From the NCBI GenBank assembly GCA_964016885.1, contig OZ024741.1, positions 222,828,001-222,892,000 on the forward strand: a stretch of 64,000 bases of DNA, in the 5' to 3' direction. This document shows, piece by piece, positions 50,488 through 63,945 of this stretch. Source of the stretch: Eledone cirrhosa (taxonomy: Eukaryota). The translations under genes were made by a program, and so were the position numbers. Every line of letters begins with the position of its first letter. Within the stretch, counting starts at the first letter, position 1. The notes under the pieces are model-generated. The model did not search any database, had not been told where the DNA came from, and saw only the letters and a list, made by a program, of their open reading frames with translations.

Positions 50488-53400
50488 TTCTTCTGGTTTT
50501 ATAATTGCACAATTTTTTTCCCAATAGAGAGAGAGTCGGTTTCTAACATAGACACAAGACTCAATCATTGGAATTTACACAACATCAACTAGGTAGATTA
50601 TGTATGTATGTCTGCATGCATGCATGTGTAGATATGGATGTTATTGTATGTGTGGATGTGGATGTTTTGAGTTGTATGTGTGCATGTGTATATGCTTTGT
50701 ATCTGTACCTGTGTATATGCAGTTATTAGATGCAAAATTTTGGGAATGTTTTACATATGTTTACTGTTCCATTAATGGATTGTACTTGTAATTTCCTAAT
50801 TAGTTGTGTTATTTCTGTTTCTGTGAAGCCTGGCTTCTCAAGATTTGTATTGAGGCAGTTACTAACATATCCCAGTGCCCCAATAATCATAGGCATAAAT
50901 CTGAAGGTGTAATCAGGGTGGAGTATCTGCAGATTTCTCATCAGTTCTGCATAAATATTCTCCTTTTCGCTAATCATTTATATTATATTGGCATCTGCTG
51001 GGCAGCTAATTTCCACTACTGTGCATGTTTTCTTCTCCCTGTCCCATATCATAATATCTGGTCTGTTATACCTGCATTTTATTGGGTGTTTTACTGTAAC
51101 ATTCCACCTTTCATATTATGTACATGGATGTCTTCCACATTGCTGTAGCTTTTAATGTGTTTATTATCGAGGCTATCTTTTTTACGAACTGCATTGTACA
51201 GTGTTTTGGCCACTACATCATGCCTCATAGGTAGATAGTACCGCGATGACATCTTTGGACAGCTGCTGATGACATGGGTGATATTCTCGATGTTAGTTCT
51301 GCAGAGTCTGCACTTGTTATCACATCTAGGTGTTTTGCCAGCATCCCTATCTCTTTTGTGAATCAGGTGTTTCACGTTAATCTCCTGTTCTTGGATTGCA
51401 AAAGCGTATCCTTCAAAGTGGGAGCCAATATAGCGGTTGTTGGTCCAAGATAGACTACTTTCCTTATCTATATTACTCTCACTCTGGAGCTTCCTGGCAA
51501 CATATCCATGCATGATTTTTTGCTGATAAGCATGCAATTTTTCATACATGGATTCACTGCGATACTGCTGAGCGACTTCCCTGTGTGTGAGTTTTTGATT
51601 ATCACACAGGGAATATCTCTCGAGGAGTTCCTTCCCAACTCTCATGATCTTGTCTGTTTCATGCAGATAGACTTGCTCGAGAAGCGGGCTCCTACGCTTC
51701 GAGGATCGTAGATGTCGTCGGAGGGATATGATGTGACATTCAAATGCTGTCTGGACTAATGTTAGGCCTCTGCCTCCCTGCTTACGTTTCAAGTAAAGGC
51801 GGTCTATGTTACTGTTAATGTGGAAGTTTCCGGTGTTGTTTAGTATTTTTCGAGTTCCAACATCAACTACTCGGATTTCGTCTATCGTCCAATTGAGTAT
51901 TCCAAACGTTGGTGTTAGGACAGGCACAGCAAACATATTGTGAGCCACTGTTTTGTTTTGCGCAGAAAGTTCCGATGACCAAATCTTTCTTAATCGGGTG
52001 TAGTATTCCCTGGTCACGCGTTCCTTATTACATATATCATTATTGGATATGTTCTCATCTATCCCCAGGTATCTGTAGCAGTCCTCATCAGATATTGGTG
52101 AAACAGTTAGGCCATTGATGACAATGTTGCTAGATTGGGTTGTTTTTCCCCGTTTTACAGTCGTGTATGAGCATTTAATCTTGACCAAACTCTATTCCTA
52201 TATCCTTCAAGAACGTTGTAACCAGGTCAAGATTTTTCTTCATCCCATCCATGTTCTTGGCATAGAGTTTCAGATCGTCCACAAAGAAATTATAGGTTAG
52301 GTTCGTATTTCTGTCCTCCTTTGAGCCAATGATGTATCCCTCACATTTCTTGAGCAGAAAGGACAAGGGGTTTAATGACAAGATGAATAATATCACAGAG
52401 AGACTGTCTCCCTGAAATATACCCCTGCGATATTTTATTTTACCAGTGAAAATAGAGTCCTCCCTCTCTGTCTTTAACCTTAGTATAGTAGCTCAAGAAG
52501 AAGACAGCTTTTCTATGGCTCTGACAATAATGTCTGGAACTTTAGCAAGTTGGAGGGCTTCTATCATCCAAGAGTGGGGAACAGAATCGAAAGCTTTCTT
52601 GTAGTCCAGCCAGACTGTAGCCATATTCCTCCTAAGTTGTCGCACCTCCGACATCGCAGTTTTGTTGATTAGTTGTTCAGCACATCCCCAAATCCCTTTC
52701 TTTCCAGCTGCTTGTTCATCTGTGATGATGTTATTATTTTCATAGTGATCTTGGAGGAATAGGTTCAGGCAGGCTGTATCTTATACATCAGGTTCTGGCA
52801 TGCAATGGGGTCGATAGCTTTTTTGCTAAGTGGGTGTCTTTGTTCTTGGAGACCAGTAATGTTTGTGCTAATGTCAACCATTCTGGCATAAGTGTATCTC
52901 CCTTAAGAACTTGTTGGTAGAGCTCAATAAGATACTTCCGATAGAATATCAGTTTTTTTGTACCAGTAGCCGACGATCATGTCTCTTCCTGGTGTTTTCT
53001 TATATTGGAGTTTTCCTATCACAGTCTCTAGGGTACCCTCACTTATTTCGTATGATTTTGTTGTAGTGTAGGAGCAATAGTTCTTTCGGATTTCTCTTAG
53101 CCACACTGCATCTTGGTTGAAATTCTTCTTTTCACCCAATATTTTGCTCCAAAAGGAATCTATGTCTTTCTGGGATGGGGCCTCAGTGACACTTATTATT
53201 TTGCCATTCATATCTCTATAGACTGATGTTTGGTTTCGTCTGAATCTTTTATTAAGCACTTTTCTCTCATCTACCTTCTTCGGGTATCGGCGTTTTTCGC
53301 TAACAGCTCGCAATTCTTGTTTGAGGGGGATCAGCTTATATTGAAGAGTTCTGGTTCTACTGTTACCAAACATCGTCTCTGTTTTATTTTTCACTCTTTG

Positions 53401-54350
53401 TTGGTGAGGAGTGAGGTTTTTTGTGTTTGTTTGCATGTAAGGAGCATTGTCACATATCCTATGGTTTTTCGTAGGTCAGCAATTTTTTTTTTCTATTTTA
53501 GTTATATATGATGGTATTTTTAGTGGTGTTTTGTTCTTGTTAATATCTCTGCTATCACCAAGATAATGCTAAGGCATATAAACAGGCGTTGATTTGCCAA
53601 AATGTTGGGGTTTTTATCCGTCGTATATATTCATCCCCTATTTCGTCAATAACACGTAATATTTATTTCATTATTTGGTTTTTTATTAAACATTGTCGTT
53701 TTAATACGTTCAGCAAGAGAGATATTTATACAGGAATTAATTTCTCTCTGGAAGATTTCGTTGAGGGAAATTTTCAATTATTTATACTTTTGATTATTAT
53801 CATTATCGATAGTATTTTCCACAACAGTCGAGGTAGACTTAGATGGTACAGGTGGTGTCAAGCCTCTTACAGGCATAATTGTTTCAAGGCGCTGTTCGAC
53901 CTGGCTGCTAGGAAGTCTAGTAGCATGGCGACCTGTGGCACGTGTTGTTGATTCCATGTTTGTTGTGGGGGACTTAGAATTAATAATATTTATCTTATTT
54001 TTACGTTCAACAAACGTCGCTTGTTGGCATAATTGTTTCGCTGTGAAATAATTTAGCTCTGGGTGTATTTCGTCCCAGTGTAGCTTCATTCTATTCATAT
54101 AGCCAATGGAGGGATTGTTTTTTGCCATTTATAACAATTAAATAAATGCGATTTATAATTTCGGTTTCTTCTGTAGGTACAACTGAATAAAGTTTGTTTA
54201 CTTTTCTTGTTTGTCTTCGGTACTTCCTTAATTTTGTTGTTAATGTTGTGTTCAGCCATGCTGTTTGTAGCAAATCCTTGTAAAGTGAATTATGTATTTA
54301 GTCGGATATCTCTAGGAATTCGAATAAAAGATGTCTTCAGAAGATATAGT
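50488..54350 (-). mobile_element. Near full-length R4/Dong-type non-LTR retrotransposon (RT + CCHC + restriction-like endonuclease), frameshifted
   Basis: KKTPGRD, LNPLS, FVDDLKLY, YRYLG, GGRGL, CRLC..ENITHVISSC..RHD, PMIIGALG; 3' end CCAGAAGAA then (CATA)n. Confidence 0.93.
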
Positions 54351-54560
54351 TAGAAGAATAACCAGTTATTCAACATGACTGTAGTTGTGGCATTACTGTC
54401 GGAGATAGTATTCATCTTTAATTTAATAAATAGTCTCCCACGCCAAAATATGCGACTGATCGCGTTGACTGTCTGTCTGTATGTATGTATGATCGCGTTG
54501 ACTGTCTGTATGTATGTCTGTGTGTATGTATGTATGCATGTATGTGTGTGCGTATGTATG

Positions 54561-55080
54561 TTATCTCTTTCTCTTAATTTCGAGTATTTTTTTTTTGACC
54601 GGCCACCTTCCTGGTGGCAAGGTTGTAAAAGAAAAGAAATTGTCATCCCTTGAATCGCAAGAATGTTTTGCAAATTTTGAAGGTGCCAGCTATCGCAGCC
54701 ATTTGTAGACTATGAATTAGGGAGCTGCACTTTTTGTCCGCAAATCCAAGTTCAGTCATACTTTGGTCCAAGCGGGTTGGTATATAACCCGTAGCTCCAA
54801 TAATGATGGGTATGAAGCTAAAGATGTATCTTGGATACTGGATTTGTAAACTCCTCATCAATGGTCCGTAGATGTCCTCCTTCTCCTGTATTTTTCTGAC
54901 AACGTTTACATCAAGTGGGCAGCTGATCTCCACAACAGAACACGTTTTCAATGGGTGGTCCCAAACAACAATATCAGGCCAGTTGTGCTTTAATTTGGTG
55001 GCAGTTTTTATTTTCAGGTTCCACCAGTATTTCTTAGTGCCATCTGTCTCAATATATTCTTCCTCGTTTGTTCTTAATTT
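54561..55080 (-). mobile_element. 5'-truncated R4/Dong-type fragment (RLE domain + 3' UTR), different subfamily
   Basis: KHNWPDIVVWD..VVEISCPLD..EKEDIY..PIIIGATG; (CATA)n on both sides. Confidence 0.88.
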
Positions 55081-55146
55081 TGTATGTATGTATGTATGTA
55101 TGTATGTATGTATGTATGTATGTATGTATGTATGTATGTATGTATG

Positions 55147-55245
55147 TTCTTCTGGTTTTATTATTATATAAATATTCACCAATAGAGAGAGAACCAGTCT
55201 CTAACATAGACACAAGATTCTTTTATTGGAATTTAGACATTAACT
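55147..55245 (-). mobile_element. R4/Dong 3' tail fragment
   Basis: Matches 50488-50598; ends CCAGAAGAA then (CATA)n. Confidence 0.85.
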
Positions 55246-56119
55246 AGGTAGATATATAGCGGCTCCTTTTATAGCGTGATTGATGCTGAAATGAGATGGT
55301 GGTGTGTTGTGGTATTGATTCGGTGGTTGTGTGAGTACTCACTTGTGGATTATTCATTTGTGTGGTCACTGTTGTGCAGAATGTAGGTGAAAGAGAATTG
55401 ATGTGCCTGATACAGTGTGGCCAGAGAATGCGGGTGTGCAAGTAAGTGAGAAAGTGTTCATTATGATGATGATGATGATGATGATGATCACATAGGAAAT
55501 TAAATGTATCGACCACAATAACACAAAGTCGCTATATTACTAATTTATTAAATATAACTTCGTCGAAGTTATACTACAATACATGAAGAACAAATAACCT
55601 CGGTTGAATCGCAATGTCGTATGCATGTTTGCTTGCAAAAGTATTACATAAAATGTATTTACAAAACCTCTCTTATTGAAGTTTTCCAGTAACTTTTTTT
55701 CTCTGATTTTTATATTTAGTAAGCTGAATGAAGCCCAATGGGAAAAGTTCCATATAATAGCATAGCTTAGAAATATTTTTGGTCATCTATACTTTAACAT
55801 TAACATGTATCACTAAGTTTTGGCTTTAATTTAAGAAACATCATCAAATGTCAATTTTTAATGTTATACATAATATAACCTTAAACATCACATTTCGCCA
55901 GAATATATGCAATGTTTGATTAGGTTTTCTAGGGCTTGGTAAACAATTTGTAATTATTTACTGACCACAATGAATACATACAATAGATTATAACTTTGCC
56001 TATTAATCTGTATGGTGAGCAAATGGGGTCCCATGTGCTGGCCTCCCCACAGCCCCGGCGGATGGTAAGGGAGATGCGCTGGAAATCTCTCTTGATGCGA
56101 TGAATTTCGTTGGCCTGGC

Positions 56120-56123
<4 letters not shown>

Positions 56124-56184
<61 letters not shown>

Positions 56185-56208
56185 GAGAGAGAGCGAGAGA
56201 GAGAGAGA
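56124..56208. repeat. (GA)n microsatellite
   Basis: Directly visible. Confidence 0.95.
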
Positions 56209-57296
56209 CCCAAAAGGGTCTCTGCGTGAGACAGCCGACCACTACATCTTAACTGGTCGGTAGAAACTCTGCAACTAGGCGATTGACTGGGAGCAGCTTT
56301 TTGTCCCCTCGAAGTGATATTTCAAAAAATCTCTAGACCAGTAGTTCTCAACCGGGGTCCACATCGACCCTGGGGGTCCACAGGCAAAAAATAACAAATT
56401 GGGGATTCACAGTGATATTTCAGAACAGTTGTTATTATTAAAAATAAAATTTCTACTGTAATTTACACCATATTGAAATAAAGAGAATATATATGAATGA
56501 TTCTTACCAACTTTATTTCTTTTGTATTTCCTTTTGACCTAGCTACTCACTCATCGGTCAGTGGCAAGAACAAACGAAGGTGAAAATCCCTTATCTTTTC
56601 TCAGGAAGCAGGCGGCAACCTTTGATGTTTATTTTTAGGGCAAATATCTACCTTCCTTAGCGCGGTCGCTGGCCTTTCATCGGCAACGAAAAAGGTCAAA
56701 GAGACCGCGCTTATCGAGGAAGGATTAACGGCATTAACATCTTCAGGGGCAGGGATGATTTCCGGTACTACTATTAACTCTCAGTGCCTATAAAAATCGA
56801 TATGACCCAAGCAGTTCATTTCAGTTTTATGTTGAACTCCATCATGGCAAGGTAAGAGGTATTAAAATTACTAGTACATACAAACTGACGTTAATTTTTC
56901 TGAAAATTCGTGCTTCAATATTAAATTCTTTTATCCAATTTGAAATACTAGGAAAAAAATGGCTAAATATTTCCCTTTTTAATACAAATTTGAAACTTCA
57001 ATTTATAACTTTGTATTTATTTGATATATATATAAGTTTTGAGAAATATAAAAATATCAATAGTGATCATAATGGAATAAATTTGATAACAATAATTAAT
57101 GACTTGCAGAGATGTCTTTTTTATTATTTAAGTTATTTTAACTCCTAACATTTTTATTTACCTTGACCATATTTTATGTAAATATGTGTTTTATTTGTTG
57201 CAAAATATCTTTTAATTTTTTAACAATTTTATATTTCTTAACAAAAACCTGTAATATATGATGCAACAATATTTTTTTTTTTTTTACAGACAACCC

Positions 57297-58897
57297 ATGG
57301 TTGCTCCAAGTAAGAAGTGCCGACAGTATTCTGTTGAATATTTGTCTTACGGATTTATTCCATCACCACATAATAATACGAAACCAATGTGCCTCATATA
57401 TATGGATGTACTTTCAAATGATAGCATGAAACCTTGTAAACTAAAAATCCACCTAGAAACGAAGCACAAAGGAAAGGAAAATCAACCAGTAGAATACTTT
57501 TAAAAACTTCGTGATGATTTTCAAGCAAGAAAAGCAGTGTTTCAAGTGTTTAAAAAAAAAGTGAGTAAAATGAGTGATGGTTTACTAGCATGTTATGAAA
57601 TTAGCAAGATAATAGCAAAGGCTGGAAAACCCCATAATATTGGTGAAACAGTAATTTTACCGGCTTTGTCTGTTATAATTTCATCAGTTCTGAAAAAAAA
57701 TCCAAGTGAAATTACTAATTCCATCCCTTTAAGCAACTCTTCTGTGTCACGACGCATTGATTAAATAGCAGAGAATGTAGAAAAACAATTAATAGCTAAT
57801 TTGCAAGTAAAACAGTTTGCCCTTCAACTTGATGAATCTACCTTAATAGATAATGAAGCCATTCTATTAGCATATGTGAGATTTAAAGATGATAAAGGAT
57901 CCAGAGAGGAAATGCTCTTTGCTAGAAGTCTTTGGACAGACACAAAAGGTGAAACAATTTTTAATGAAGTTGTTACATATTTCAAGGAAAACAATATTCC
58001 ACTCAAAAATATAATTGCATGTGCTACTGATGGTGCACCATCCATGGCAGATACAAAAGTTTTATTGCAAATTTGAAAAAAACTGTTCCCGAAGTATTTT
58101 GTATTCACTCTGTGATTCACCGTCAACACTTAGTTGCAAAGAAATTGAGTGGATGTCTGCATGATGCCCTTGCTGTTGTGATAAAAGTGGTTAACCATAT
58201 TAAATCGAATTCTCTCCGAGACCGCCTTTTTCGTGAATTCTGTAATCAAAATGGAGAAGAGTTTGCGCGCCTTTTATTACATATTGAGGTGAGGTGGCTT
58301 TCAAAGGGGAATTGTCTTCAACGTTTTATTGCACTTTGGGATTCTATTGTCTCATTTCTTGCTAACACCCAGCTTGGAGAACAACTGCTTGCAACTAAAT
58401 GTGATGTATTTTACTTATCAGATATATTTGAAAAATTAAATTTACTTAATAAACAGTTCCAAGGAAAAGATTCAGATCTCATATCTAGTAAAGGTGCTAT
58501 TACTGCTTTTCTGAGAAAACTACAGTTGTACAAAAATAATATCAGGCGTCGTGCATTTGAACAGTTTCCTTGTTTGGCCTCGATTAGCAGCGATTTGCAC
58601 GATGAAGACCTTATACTATATAGTGAATATTTAGAAAATATGCACGAAGATATGTATACTCGGTTTAGTGACCTACTCATGATGGATATACCAACTTGCG
58701 TGACAATTCCTTTCGAAGTTAATATTGCCGATATAGACATTTCTTTACAGGAGCCCCTCATTGAATTACAAAGTGATGAAATAATGCGCGCAAAATACAA
58801 AGATGGGAAGTATAATATATGGAAAACAAATAATATTGCTACAAAGTACCCATTACTCTGGGATAAAGCACAGCTCTACGTTATTGCTTTTCCATTA
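57297..58897 (+). pseudogene. Buster-type transposase A (BED finger to just before the third catalytic residue)
   Basis: RQYSVEYLSYGF, MKPCKLKIHLETKH, LQLDEST, CATDGAPSM, CIHSVIHRQ, EVRWLSKG; two stops and a frameshift. Confidence 0.9.
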
Positions 58898-59784
58898 TCT
58901 TGCAGGTAGCCATTGATGTCATCAATTTTATCAAACGGCATTTCCTCAATGAACGAATTTTCCGGCAACTGTGCCAAGATAATGACGAAGAATTCGTCAA
59001 GCTGCTCTTTCATAATGAAGTGAGGTGGCTTTCAAATGGAAAGTGCCTTACTCACTTCTTTGAACTGTTCGACTTTATCATTGAGTTTCTGCGAGGGCGC
59101 AACACAGAACTGTACAAGAAAACCCTCTATGTGAAGCAAAACTGCGCCTACCTCACCGACATCTTCGACAAATGCAATAGCGTCATTTTGGCTTTGCAGT
59201 GGAATAAGATCACCTTGCTTAAAGCAAGGAATGCTGTGAAAACATTCCTGGCCAAATTGAATGTCATCGAAAGGAATCTTTGTTGACGGGAATTCTATAA
59301 TTTTCCTAGTGTCGCCAATGTTCAAGACATTGTGAGCGATGACCAACTCCAAATTTATACCGCTCACCTTCGTGCGTTACAAGACAACATAAGAGAACGG
59401 TTTGTCGACCTTTTGCCGATGGACATCCCAATGTGGGTAGCAGATCCCTTCATAGCGAACGTCGATGATTTGGACCTTATATTTCAGGAAGAATTCATTG
59501 AACTTCAAACTGATGACATGATCAAAATTAGATTTCCCAAAATAGGTGAACCCCTTTTTTGGATGCAAGAGGAAATTCAGCGTCGATTTCCACACCTACA
59601 TGCAGAGGCTAAGAGATTTGCTCTGCCTATTCCAAGCTCATACTTAGTCAAGAGGGGGTTTGGTGCTGTTTCCAGACTACACAGTAAGGCTCGCAACCGC
59701 TACAATGTAATTACATGTGGAGATCTCCGGCTACATCTTACGAAAATCCAGCCTGACGTCAAAGAGTTAGCTAGGTCCCATTGA
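58898..59784 (+). pseudogene. Buster-type transposase B (second C-terminal half)
   Basis: VINFIK..RIFRQLC..HNEVRWLS..YLTDIF..PSSYLVKRGF..GDLRLHLT..PD. Confidence 0.9.
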
Positions 59785-60489
59785 AATGAGGTCAAAGTTA
59801 AAGTAAGTTGATTTATCCGAAAACTTGGATATGCTATTGTTACAAAGCAAACTAACAATTTTTTTTATTTGTAGTTGCAGTCTGACTGGACTGGAAACCA
59901 TCTACTACAATTCACTTACTCATTTGTTGTATATATTTTACCATTTACTAATAAATATACCGTCCCGCGTGGTCATGAAACCCTCTTCCATGATCTCTAA
60001 CTTCACAAAGCAGAGGGGACATCAAGTTAGATATCAACATTTATTCTGTCCGTTTCATTAAAGAGAAAATTGGAAAGCTTTGAAATGATATAATTGCCAC
60101 TTTCTTCCAGATAAGAGCACTCTTTGGATAGACAGAGTTGCTCTTGTATAAATGTTCAAAATAGCTGGTATTGCCTGGTGGCAATATAACAAATTCAACT
60201 GGTCCTTATTCATAAATAAGAACATTTATGTTCCTTTTTTTGAAATTTATATTTCAAGGAATGTATTATTACTCTCAGCTGCCTGCAATGGTATCTTTGG
60301 AATATTGTAAATCAATTTTTTAGTAATCTACTGATATCGAAATCAGTACTATATTGAAAAATGGAAAAATAGGGTAGGGGCGCTTCGTGATTTCGAGGGA
60401 CAAAAGGGGGCGTTTGGCCTAAATGGGTTGAGAACCTGTGCTCTAGACTAACTGACGTCAGTTCGAAACAAAGAAAAACTGAACATCTA

Positions 60490-60772
60490 TGTGCCACAAG
60501 GTCAGCATGTGGTCACACTGACCTACTTTACCAAGAGTTCAAATTACTGCTTCAAATACGTATATATGTCTGTATGTATTTGTGTGTACGTGTGTACAAA
60601 TATGGATGTTATTGCATGTGTGAATCTGTATGTTTTCAGTTATATGTGTACACATACATATATTTCTGTATTTATACATGTGTATATACAGTTGTTACAT
60701 GCTGAATTTCTGAAATGTTTTACATATTTTTACGCTTCGATTATTGAACTGTACTTGCAACTTTTTAACTAT
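60490..60772 (-). mobile_element. R4/Dong 3' fragment, decayed
   Basis: Minus strand KKLQVQFNNRSVKICKTFQKFSM; 5' side abuts a CATA repeat. Confidence 0.7.
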
Positions 60773-60979
60773 GTTCGTATGTATGTATGTCTTCTAGGAG
60801 AATGCTCTGACAAAGGCTAGGGGTCCTTCACTCCCAGTGGTTTAACCGCGCGATCGGGAATCCAGCCCAACTATTTCTATGTCCCCGTGCATTTACATAC
60901 ACATGCACACATGCATATACATATATACATATACATACATATGTACATGCGTATAGATGTGTATATACATATTTACACA

Positions 60980-61345
60980 TTTTTGGATGGCCGTTGACTC
61001 TTATGAGTTCTTCCGCCCTTTGTCAGGTTTTGTTTTTTGTCTTGCAGGGTGTCCAAAATCACCCTCCTCACCAAGTAAACTTGGTGAGGTTGCCGGTTTA
61101 GTCGCCGATGACCCGACCATACAACAAGTTTTACTGGGTTACATGTTACCAGTAGCACTTAAGAGTGACCTGACATAACTCAGGAAACTGGGATAACTCC
61201 GACATAAAACCTGCGCCTCAGTAGTTACCGATGATGTTGATCTTTTCTTCTTTACGGGTTATAGCTACTGTCGTTCAGAGAGTGGAATTGGCTCAGTGTA
61301 CAGTCTTTCCTCACTTTCAAAAAATTTCACGCACAGGCATTGCAC
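60980..61345. mobile_element. Rearranged copy of the RTE 5' UTR (60980-61176 minus, 61182-61345 plus)
   Basis: First part is the reverse complement of 10364-10560; second part is collinear with ~10610-10762. Confidence 0.8.
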
Positions 61346-61371
61346 GATAGCGTTAATTGATAATTATTAAT

Positions 61372-61560
61372 AATTGTTTCTACTTTTTGGCACAAGGCCA
61401 GCAATTACCCAGTGCATTACTGGTACTTTATTTTATCGACCCCCGTAAGGATGAAAGGTAAAGTTAACCTCGGCGGGATTTGAACTCAGAATGGCAAGGG
61501 CCGTAACTCTATGCGTCAAAGCATGGCGTCCAATCCTCTACCGATACTGCCAATCCACCG
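61372..61560 (-). mobile_element. Young SINE with TSD AATTATTAATAAT
   Basis: Consensus copy with flanking repeat. Confidence 0.9.
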
Positions 61561-62429
61561 AATTATTAATAATGTTATATCGTGCAATGGCTATACTCGA
61601 TAACGAGGGGAAGCCATCATGTATGTATGTATGTATGTATGTATGTCCTACGGTTATCATTATTAGGACGGAAGTAGACCTGAGAATCTCCTCTCTTCAA
61701 AAATGTCTCAAACGTCTTAATCTCATATAGCTTCTGGCAACCGACACTCAGTTCCTGGCCTTCATATGGAAGAGATGTTTGTAACTGATAAGGATAAGGG
61801 ACAAAGACGAGTTACTGGTGCCTTAGAACCAGTTGATTTGGGTAAACAGAACTCAAACTTAGGCGGCAATCAGTCCAGGAGAAGGGTCACTTTGATTTCA
61901 AAACCAGGGTAGATGGGATTCCTTAGTTCTAATTATGACAACCCATCTGTCCGAGTAAACTCAGAAATCCCCCTGGTTTGTGTCAGGGTGCACAGTAAGA
62001 GAGGGAAACTCTGAAGTGAAACCTGCAGTTTACATTATTGCTAATCATCTTAGGCTTGTCATCAGATAATAATCACTAAGACTTCGGGAGTGGCACTCAT
62101 GTTATGCAACTGTTTCTCACTGTAATCCATGATGTACAGATGTCTCTTTTGCAATCTTCTCATCTGCTGTTCTCTCTCTCCAGACAATGTAGGACAGGAC
62201 TCTGAATTTTTAGCACCATATAGACGTTGATCCAATTGCTACAGCTATTGGGTTTTCACGTAAATTCGAGCCAATAGAATAGCACCACTTCCGTCCGTAG
62301 TTTCGTCACACCGTTCCTGTAGTATTGGCGGGAACAGTCATGGTTTTTACAGTCGCATCTGCTGATGTCTTACATTGGAGCGTTGTCAGTGACTGGTCAG
62401 CTTGCTTGGGCTTGTCATCAGATAATAAG

Positions 62430-62601
62430 TGTTTCTACTTTTGGCACAAGGCCAGCAATTACCCAGTACATTACTGGTACTTTATTTTATCGACCCCGTA
62501 AGGATGAAAGGCAAAATTAACCTCGACTGGATTTGAACTCAAACCGTAAAGGGACGTAACTATGCTAGAAAGCATGGCGTCCAACCCTCTACCGATACTG
62601 T
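62430..62601 (-). mobile_element. Young SINE, slightly 5'-truncated
   Basis: Consensus copy; interrupts a segment duplicated at ~62052-62097. Confidence 0.88.
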
Positions 62602-63098
62602 CATAATAATCACTAAGATTTAGAGAGTGGCACTTTAATCAATCATCTACCTATAATAATTTGCAATGTGTTTTTATTTGCTGTCACGAAAACGAGAGAC
62701 TGTGGAAATTGGAGACTGTCGAACTGCAGGGACAAAAAGTGGATGAGAAAGAGAGGGGAAAGAAACAGTGGGAGAATGAAAATAAAAATGAGTGGAAGTG
62801 AGGGAATAAAATTCTGAGTAAATTGCTACAAGAATTTTGAGACTAGTCGAAATGAAAGGTATAACGTAGTTATATAGTATACAATTTAGAATCCCAGGAG
62901 GATGAAAAGTAATATTGACTATAGCAATAATTGAACTCAGGGCGTAAAAAGCTATCACTAAATGTCGCAAAGTCAATCTACCGCCTTCCAGAAAGAGCAG
63001 ACAATACAATAAATATCAGGCGTCATACAAGATAATGCCAAAAAATATTTCAAAAATAAAAGAATTTTATTTTAAAAAAAAAAGAATATATATTTGTG

Positions 63099-63201
<103 letters not shown>

Positions 63202-63446
63202 GTATACATATATATATATATATTCTTCTATGTGAGCTTGTTATAGCTTAATTGCTATAAATTAATGTTTTCTCTCTCGTCTCTTACTCCACTGGCTTGT
63301 GACAGACGCTGTGACCCCGGGTGGACCAGCAATACCGTTGATAGAGGTCGCAACTGCCAATATCCATCTCAACGGCAGATGACCCTGGAGTAAACAATCT
63401 TTTTCTGTCACTGCTAGAACAAAAGGATATCGATGGTCATCTAAAA

Positions 63447-63647
63447 CTGGCATATCAAACTGAGGGTCCCCCCGAGGGCCACATGGGTAACATATGTGTT
63501 GTCTGAGGGCCACATGGGTCACATATGTGTTGTCTGAGGGCCACACATGACAACTAATATTATTTATTTTATATTGCGCTCGCGCTGTAAAAACCTTTGT
63601 GCGGGCCGCAGGTGTGCTTGTAAAGAGCCGGATGTTTGACATGCCTG
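63447..63647. mobile_element. hAT MITE with 8 bp TSD ATCTAAAA
   Basis: TIRs CTGGCATATCAAAC / GTTTGACATGCCTG; internal 31 bp tandem repeat with GAGGGCCACA. Confidence 0.9.
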
Positions 63648-63824
63648 ATCTAAAATACATAGCGTAATGAGACTGTTTGCTTGCAAACGAATCGAATATT
63701 ATTATCATTCGATATAAAACTCACGAATACATTTATGTATCCGCTATGTTAGAGCGAAACTAATTGTTTTTCGGTTTGCTTTATTTTTGTTCGTTGTCTT
63801 CGGTTTATCATATATATATATATC

Positions 63825-63945
63825 GTTTCTGAATTTGTTTAGCAAGATTCTTTATCTGAAATCGTGTGTTGAAACCGATATTGTTATACTTTGGGAGGGT
63901 CATGTTGCCAATAAGAAACACACGCACCAGTTGCTTTCACTTCAA
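63825..63945 (+). repeat. Interspersed repeat homologous to 20351-20485
   Basis: tgaaatcgtgtgt.gaaac..atattgttatactt.gggagggtcat is shared. Confidence 0.7.

Larger units (their letters stand above)
56339..60440 (+). mobile_element. hAT (Buster/Charlie) DNA transposon with perfect 8 bp TSD CTCTAGAC
   Basis: TSD at 56331-56338 and 60441-60448 (NNNTANNN); ends CAGTAGTTCTCAACC / GGTTGAGAACCTGTG. Confidence 0.93.

Noticed and set aside
62230-62330. CCAAT boxes and an ETS-like CACTTCCG suggesting a promoter
   Set aside because: Short motifs expected by chance; no linked exon or ORF visible
63470-63546. Regularly spaced GAGGGCCACA repeats (CRISPR-like)
   Set aside because: The spacers are near-identical; it is a tandem repeat inside a hAT MITE in eukaryotic DNA, with no cas genes
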